In this document: in pieces, positions 59,126-64,000 of the stretch
Numbering within the stretch: position 1 is the stretch's first letter
How the letters are laid out: each line of letters begins with the position of its first letter
IMG/VR virus record: IMGVR_UViG_3300036715_000213
Coordinates: 11,997 to 75,996 of that record
Direction: 5' to 3' (one strand)
Length of the DNA: 64,000 nucleotides
Source: a virus
Program-made: the position numbers and the translations under genes
Notes under the pieces: generated by a model
The model's database searches: none
The model's input: only the letters and a program-made list of their open reading frames with translations
What the model was told of the DNA's origin: nothing

Positions 59126-59231
59126 ACTTCTCAGATTCAAGAGCTCGAAATCGCTTTTCCCGTAAAATATTTTTCTGAGCAACTTTGGCCTTTCGGTCAG
59201 CTTTGTCTTCATACTTCTTATACGGCTTCAC
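59067..59231 (-). CDS. Small basic protein between gp59 and gp32
   Basis: Not in track; GGAG then 7 nt then GTG; MKPYKKYEDKADRKAKVAQK... 54 aa. Confidence 0.5.
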   Translation of the reverse strand: MKPYKKYEDKADRKAKVAQKNILREKRFRALESEKFIFLEDNPEPIRQEYRRKR

Positions 59232-59775
59232 AGTTTATCTCCAATTGTGAACATACGTTGTCCTTGTCAAATTTAACGAACCTATCTAACTTCACTATTG
59301 TACGAGACAGACGATCAAAACCAAAATAATCCCCATGAATGAAGTTCTTCAGGTTATTGAGCGCTGCCGCACTTTCAATATGAACCGTTCCACCGGCAAC
59401 CATGCGGAAGATTGGTGGCTCAGTTCCCATAATAATCTTTTCGATATCCAAGTCAGCTAAATCATCAATAATAATCTGTGACATGGAGATCTTGTTCCGT
59501 TGCCAACGCTTATGATTCTCATCCGCAATCATCACGTCGTAAATTGCACTCGCATCTGAATATGCGTATTGTGCTACCAAATAGTTAACCACTTCCGGAT
59601 ACGTCTTAAACCGTTCAGCCAAGCGAAAGATAACTTTCTTCCGCGCTGAGTTACGATTAAGAGTTTCTGTATTAGCATTCTTTACCCGACCACCACTATC
59701 GAACAAGTCGTAACTAGAGGTAAAGTGTAATTTGATTGCTAGATACAGTTTAAGACATCTTACAGGATCAAGCAT
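59218..59775 (-). CDS. gp59: Helicase loader
   Basis: LYLAIKLHFT..YD, F.RLA; between gp33 and gp32. Confidence 0.8.
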   Translation of the reverse strand: MLDPVRCLKLYLAIKLHFTSSYDLFDSGGRVKNANTETLNRNSARKKVIFRLAERFKTYPEVVNYLVAQYAYSDASAIYDVMIADENHKRWQRNKISMSQIIIDDLADLDIEKIIMGTEPPIFRMVAGGTVHIESAAALNNLKNFIHGDYFGFDRLSRTIVKLDRFVKFDKDNVCSQLEINCEAV

Positions 59776-60058
59776 CTTCGCCGTCAAACATTCCAGTTGA
59801 GCTATGTGGCATTAGTCCCGCTTCTTTCATTTCCAGAGCGATACGGTCCTTCAAGTTCTTGCTAATCAGCTTGGTGATAGATTCGATATCGATATCACGT
59901 TCCTCACAGTAATCGAGGATTGTAGCTGTCAGAGTTTCATGAGTCTTGTTTGCTGTATTGATGATGAATACGCTAAACTCGTTAGCTGATCGGAACAAGA
60001 TCTTGTCTGTAACAGCAACATCCATGACATCGTTATCGAGTGTGAAAAATTTGTTCAT
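59768..60058 (-). CDS. gp33: Late-promoter co-activator
   Basis: ILDYCEERDIDIESITKLISKNLKDRIALE. Confidence 0.85.
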   Translation of the reverse strand: MNKFFTLDNDVMDVAVTDKILFRSANEFSVFIINTANKTHETLTATILDYCEERDIDIESITKLISKNLKDRIALEMKEAGLMPHSSTGMFDGEDA

Positions 60059-60236
60059 TGATGTAATCTTTTAAAATTTGTTTTGCGTATTTTACGGGGA
60101 CGTCGTATTTGTATGTGAACGTAGCATGAAGGGTACAATTGTCGTCAGCAGTTAATAGCTGACCTACCGTAGAAGGATCATCCTTAAACGTTCTCCGTAG
60201 AGCTTCTTCATGTGTGAACCTCTGTATTTCAATCAT
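60033..60236 (-). CDS. Hypothetical protein
   Basis: Overlap-coupled ORF. Confidence 0.55.
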   Translation of the reverse strand: MIEIQRFTHEEALRRTFKDDPSTVGQLLTADDNCTLHATFTYKYDVPVKYAKQILKDYINEQIFHTR

Positions 60237-60511
60237 ACTTTATACGCCTCAGCGATGCGGACAATACGTTTAACAGCAGCGTATTGACTACATTTATGGT
60301 TGTAATAGCGATAGATTGGATTAGATGTATCAAGGTCAGTTGCCTCAATACCCTTAACACCATGGCAATGGTCAGTTAGAAACTTGTTCATCTCCCAATC
60401 GTAACGTTCAAGAATTGGCTCCATTGATTTGATGATCTCATCCAGCTTCGCGTTATTACCGCGATTGTTGAGTACTTCTTGGTCCAGTTTTTGGATTGTT
60501 TGTAAGTTCAT
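60233..60511 (-). CDS. Hypothetical protein
   Basis: ORF directly downstream of a sigma70-like promoter; start MNLQ. Confidence 0.55.
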   Translation of the reverse strand: MNLQTIQKLDQEVLNNRGNNAKLDEIIKSMEPILERYDWEMNKFLTDHCHGVKGIEATDLDTSNPIYRYYNHKCSQYAAVKRIVRIAEAYKV

Positions 60512-60517
60512 AGATTC

Positions 60518-60546
60518 ATTGTAACACAATTCTCAGATTAAATCAA
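60518..60546 (-). promoter_or_regulatory. Sigma70-like early/middle promoter
   Basis: TTGATT-17-TACAAT with TG extension; a similar TTGATTT...TGTTACCAT lies before gp55 (342-368). Confidence 0.6.
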
Positions 60547-60550
60547 ATAA

Positions 60551-60769
60551 TTACTGTCCGCGACCTTTAATAACAACCGAGTCATTTTTCAACATTTCTG
60601 TTAGAATGACAATAACAAAAATAGCATTAAGTAATGGAATAAATGCGGCGAGCCAGAGAACTATATCACTAGATTTGATTGGTTTACCGTTCCACCATTC
60701 CATAGCAAGGAATATGGAAAAGCCAATCAGGATGAACAAGAGAGGAACAAAGTAGAGTGTGTAGATCAT
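60551..60769 (-). CDS. Small two-TM membrane protein
   Basis: Two hydrophobic segments, FIPLLN. Confidence 0.6.
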   Translation of the reverse strand: MIYTLYFVPLLFILIGFSIFLAMEWWNGKPIKSSDIVLWLAAFIPLLNAIFVIVILTEMLKNDSVVIKGRGQ

Positions 60770-60785
60770 TTGCGTGCCTTGATAA

Positions 60786-61832
60786 TTACTGTTTGGAGTG
60801 AAGCAAATAAGAATTACTCACTATCTTAAAGGAATGCTTACCGTCTAGAGACTTATACACATCTCCTTCCCGCGCGACCTTTGCTAGATGAGATTGACTA
60901 TCAGCCATTGCGATAAGAGTTGGCATGTCTTCAGTTAGTTCGTAGTCAATGTAATCAACAGGAACGTGATCAATGCTCAGATTTTGGCAGAACTGACGAC
61001 GTAGCAGCGGCGGGTAGTAAGAACAGTTATTGATGTCCACGATCTTGTAGACACGGAATTGATGTTCAGTTAGTCCGTAGATGTTACCTTCAACGCCCGG
61101 TCCAATCAGTTCGCCTTGTAAAGCAATATCAATACCCAAAGGCATCAGTTTTTCTTCTAGCTTCTCGCGGATAGCGACCTTCCAGAATGTATTGTCCTCA
61201 TTGCGTTCCAGATCTAAATTGCGAGAGCAGACACCAAACTCACCGTCCATCGTGTAGACAGTCATTGATGAGCCTTCCAGCTTCTCAGTCTTTTCCCAAC
61301 GGTGTTCACGGAACATAGAGTTCAGTTCACGCGCAAGGTTCTGGATACGTTCTTCATCAGTCTTTGGGATACGGCTTGGGTAGTTTCCACGTGCTACACC
61401 TTGTAGTTCAGCTGACAGCGGTTTTTCGTACTTCTGGATTCCCAGACGTTCTGTTACATCATGTCCTTCAAACTGTCCCCAGTCACCAAGGTAATTACCA
61501 GATTCAGTTTTCACTGCTAGTACAGATAGTGGTAGAATCAGACCCTGAGATACAGTGCCACGGAGTTTAATAGAGCGAAGCTTCTCGCCCTCGACTCCGT
61601 TGAACACCTTTGGAACATGTCCTGGCTTTGTCAAGAATGCCGCAACTGAAGTTGGCATCCAAGAATCAATCTCACAGTAAACAACCAAGTCACCTTCTTT
61701 AAATTCATTAGCAATAGCCGTAACTAGTTGCCAGCCCCCAACGGTTGCTTTGACAATCTTGTCAGCACCTTCAATTGGTTCAATTTTGTCAATGCGACGA
61801 ATCGTCGCCATTTTACGTTCTACATCACTCAT
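60786..61832 (-). CDS. RNA ligase, DRB0094-like family
   Basis: N-terminal OB-like IEPIEGADKI..KLRG.VSQGL; motif I TEKLEGSS, CSRN, QGELIG, REG, SFK. Confidence 0.88.
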   Translation of the reverse strand: MSDVERKMATIRRIDKIEPIEGADKIVKATVGGWQLVTAIANEFKEGDLVVYCEIDSWMPTSVAAFLTKPGHVPKVFNGVEGEKLRSIKLRGTVSQGLILPLSVLAVKTESGNYLGDWGQFEGHDVTERLGIQKYEKPLSAELQGVARGNYPSRIPKTDEERIQNLARELNSMFREHRWEKTEKLEGSSMTVYTMDGEFGVCSRNLDLERNEDNTFWKVAIREKLEEKLMPLGIDIALQGELIGPGVEGNIYGLTEHQFRVYKIVDINNCSYYPPLLRRQFCQNLSIDHVPVDYIDYELTEDMPTLIAMADSQSHLAKVAREGDVYKSLDGKHSFKIVSNSYLLHSKQ

Positions 61833-62001
61833 TATAATTCTCTTTATTTTTCAACATCAACTCTAGATCTAATATCACTTGTGCTGCTTCTTCAAGAAGG
61901 TCGGCAATACGATCACGCTGACCTTCTTGAACAGATTTTCGTCCTGGTATTTGTCTACGGATCCGCGCACGTTCTTGCAAACGAAATACGATATCATTCA
62001 T
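61825..62001 (-). CDS. Small hypothetical protein
   Basis: Not in track; MNDIVFRLQERARIRRQIPGRKSVQEGQRDRIADLLEEAA, 58 aa, fills the gap with overlaps. Confidence 0.65.
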   Translation of the reverse strand: MNDIVFRLQERARIRRQIPGRKSVQEGQRDRIADLLEEAAQVILDLELMLKNKENYNE

Positions 62002-62248
62002 GTATTTCGTATCTGAGAGCCAAATGATCCCATTGGTTCTGGATCAAGGTTTTATGAAACGGGTTACTCATATCCAATGGAAGTGCAAGTTGTTTCATAC
62101 ACTCGAGAACTGTCTCTTTGACTAAGTGTTCAGTGTACTCTTCAAGATTCAAATCAGTAAATGTATAACTAAAATGTTTATCGAGTGTACGTTCAGACAA
62201 CGAGCGAATCCGCCCGTCGCTGATTAATTTAGTATTGATCGTCGGCAT
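61994..62248 (-). CDS. Hypothetical protein
   Basis: Co-oriented packed ORF. Confidence 0.55.
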   Translation of the reverse strand: MPTINTKLISDGRIRSLSERTLDKHFSYTFTDLNLEEYTEHLVKETVLECMKQLALPLDMSNPFHKTLIQNQWDHLALRYEIHE

Positions 62249-62251
62249 AGT

Positions 62252-62629
62252 CTAGTCTTCGCTCCCACCAGTTTCAATGTCGACATATCCGAACGTGATA
62301 GTTCCATTACATTCACTTGTTTGAAAGTCTTGTGGGAAGGTAAGAATCTGCCCACACCGCGTAAAATTGTCTGGATGTGTTAAGTCAAGATCAGACAACA
62401 AGATGCAGCCAATCAACCCAGCGTCAACGCTGTACTGGCGACATTCGCCGTCAGTGTAGGTCCCATCACCGTAAGCTGTACCGTATGAAGCAAATTTGCG
62501 CCCATCTTTGAGAGTGAACTCACCATCGATGCATCGATTACCTTCAATTGTAATATCACAGAACTCGTCCCAATCTTCGTGCATAACGTAGCACAAGTCA
62601 CCAACGTAGTATGTCCCAGCCTTCATCAT
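62252..62629 (-). CDS. Conserved phage hypothetical protein
   Basis: GTYYVGDLCYV, TAYGDG.Y, VDAGLIG. Confidence 0.7.
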   Translation of the reverse strand: MMKAGTYYVGDLCYVMHEDWDEFCDITIEGNRCIDGEFTLKDGRKFASYGTAYGDGTYTDGECRQYSVDAGLIGCILLSDLDLTHPDNFTRCGQILTFPQDFQTSECNGTITFGYVDIETGGSED

Positions 62630-62787
62630 ACAATCACCTTGAAGGCAATAAGAGTCAGCAAAATAGCAGACATTGTCGGGAAGAATTTAAATACAATTCC
62701 ACTTAGAAGGTTATTTGTTCGTGTCACAGTACCCAGAATGAGTAGCAATACAGCAATAACCAGCAAAATAATTTGTACAATAGTCAT
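62626..62787 (-). CDS. Small membrane protein
   Basis: Not in track; MTIVQIILLVIAVLLLILG... 53 aa, ATGA overlap with the next gene. Confidence 0.55.
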   Translation of the reverse strand: MTIVQIILLVIAVLLLILGTVTRTNNLLSGIVFKFFPTMSAILLTLIAFKVIV

Positions 62788-62790
62788 AAT

Positions 62791-63000
62791 TTAACCTAAA
62801 ATTACGCCGATGGATTCAGCGTATTCTTCAAACAGATAACCGTCTTCCATTGCAAGTGTAAGATCGTCGCCGTCTTCCATTTCAAGAGCATCAATCTTAC
62901 AGATAACGCGTGCGCTGAGGTCGCCATGTTCCATAATGTAATTTGCGTATCCATTAGAATACTTCATATCTTCCATTTCTGACAATGTAACTTCTCGCAT
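62791..63000 (-). CDS. Small acidic early protein
   Basis: AAGGA SD and upstream promoter. Confidence 0.6.
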   Translation of the reverse strand: MREVTLSEMEDMKYSNGYANYIMEHGDLSARVICKIDALEMEDGDDLTLAMEDGYLFEEYAESIGVILG

Positions 63001-63026
63001 CTTCTATCCTTTGTTGCTATGTCATT

Positions 63027-63055
63027 ATTATAACACAGAAACGAATAAAAGTGAA
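63027..63055 (-). promoter_or_regulatory. Early promoter
   Basis: TTCACT-17-TATAAT with TG extension. Confidence 0.7.
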
Positions 63056-63083
63056 CTATCCCTCAATAGCAAGTTTGATAGGG

Positions 63084-63320
63084 TCAGTCATTACATGCTC
63101 CTGATTTTTGCTTAAGTCTCCAGTTATCAATGAACCCAAGATTCTTCCCACACTTATGACAGATGGCATCACAAGCCTGAGTTTCCCCAACGCTTCCGTC
63201 ATGCTTACATCGAGCTTGCTTTATCCAGACAGGAACCCATAAGGCAAAAAGCAAAATGAGAAAAATGGCGGCAAGTGCAACGCTGATAACGTCACCAATA
63301 GTCCATACAAGCAATGTCAT
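63084..63320 (-). CDS. Small membrane protein with Cys/His-rich tail
   Basis: TM helix, then C.H...C..C..CGK; GGAGG SD. Confidence 0.55.
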   Translation of the reverse strand: MTLLVWTIGDVISVALAAIFLILLFALWVPVWIKQARCKHDGSVGETQACDAICHKCGKNLGFIDNWRLKQKSGACND

Positions 63321-63378
63321 CCAACCCTCCGTTCATTAGCTGTGGAAAAACTCTGCGATTTTGGCTTGTAGTTGTGGG

Positions 63379-63582
63379 TCATAGCTTTCCCTTCAAATCC
63401 TTGTAGGTCTCGGCATCAATTTCAATTGCAAAAGTCAACTTTGCATCAGTATCCGGATAATCCATAATCAGCTCCAAAAGGAATTTAGCTGGATGCTTAT
63501 CAGTTACGTCGTTGGTGCAAACAAAATCCGATCTTTCCGGTGATCTTTGCCCGTAGTAAATCAGCCAATATTTCTTGTTCAT
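63379..63582 (-). CDS. Hypothetical protein
   Basis: AGGAG SD, packed. Confidence 0.55.
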   Translation of the reverse strand: MNKKYWLIYYGQRSPERSDFVCTNDVTDKHPAKFLLELIMDYPDTDAKLTFAIEIDAETYKDLKGKL

Positions 63583-63583
63583 A

Positions 63584-64000
63584 TTAATCTCCTGTCTTTG
63601 GTTGTGCGCTTACTGCGAGGATCTCGGATCGTATTGTTTTGACTAATAGTCCGCATGAATACGTGTCGTCGTGACGCTTGTCGCAGATTACCGCAAGCGC
63701 AGCCAGCTTGGCCTTGTACTGATGTGAAGTGCAGTGCCCTGCGCTGAAGTCAGCGCACTTCGCTTCCAGTTCCTTCACACGGTCTGCCTGTGCTGTGGCC
63801 TGATAGCCCGCAAGTCGCTCGTACTTTTCGCCAGTGGTGTGCCCATCCCACTCGCCTTGATACTCTGGCAAGTGGTCGAACAGGTGCGCTTGGCTGTCGT
63901 GGTAGTGCCAGCTTGCTTGTCCTGTCGGTAGGTCAATGTAGACGCAGCTGCGCCAGTCCTCCGTCCAGCCTTCGATAGCAGTCTTTTTCTTGCCAGCAGG
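63584..64000 (-). CDS. Hypothetical protein with WDGH motif (runs off the right edge)
   Basis: Frame is open to 64000: VYIDLPTGQASWHYHD...WDGHTT. Confidence 0.65.
   Translation of the reverse strand, partial: PAGKKKTAIEGWTEDWRSCVYIDLPTGQASWHYHDSQAHLFDHLPEYQGEWDGHTTGEKYERLAGYQATAQADRVKELEAKCADFSAGHCTSHQYKAKLAALAVICDKRHDDTYSCGLLVKTIRSEILAVSAQPKTGD

Noticed and set aside
1-64000. tRNA genes, CRISPR arrays, group I introns, IS elements
   Set aside because: None recognised by eye; intergenic gaps are short and no repeat-spacer pattern was seen, though a covariance search was not run

Overview
The window is a gene-dense segment of a T4-superfamily (T4-like myovirus) genome, divergent from T4 itself. 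Minus strand, read right to left: small early genes, RNA ligase, gp33, gp59, gp32; then gp48, gp53, gp27, gp5, PAAR, gp25, gp6, gp7, gp8, a split DUF4815-type virion protein, a fibre, gp13, a ~15 kb adhesin/fibre cassette, gp14, gp15, gp17, gp18, gp19, gp20, core proteins, gp21, gp22, gp23, an Acb1-like 2H phosphoesterase, gp3, uvsY, uvsW and gp55. A plus-strand block carries gp4, gp2, gp54-like, relocated gp16, gp26, gp51 and the tape measure; a GIY-YIG endonuclease sits between gp59 and gp32. Main observations: (1) uvsW is broken inside its DECH motif by an intein that is split by a single in-frame TAA; (2) an Acb1-like protein begins with a T4 internal-protein-like capsid-targeting peptide directly after gp23; (3) a DUF4815 virion gene is split, and its N-half ends in a Pro-rich linker, GGGG and a Hint domain; (4) a -1 slippery site joins gp26 to a start-less gp51 just before the tape measure; (5) gp3 apparently starts at ATT; (6) a near-consensus orphan promoter fires antisense into the uvsW unit. 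All family assignments come from motif recognition and synteny by eye; no database search was run.
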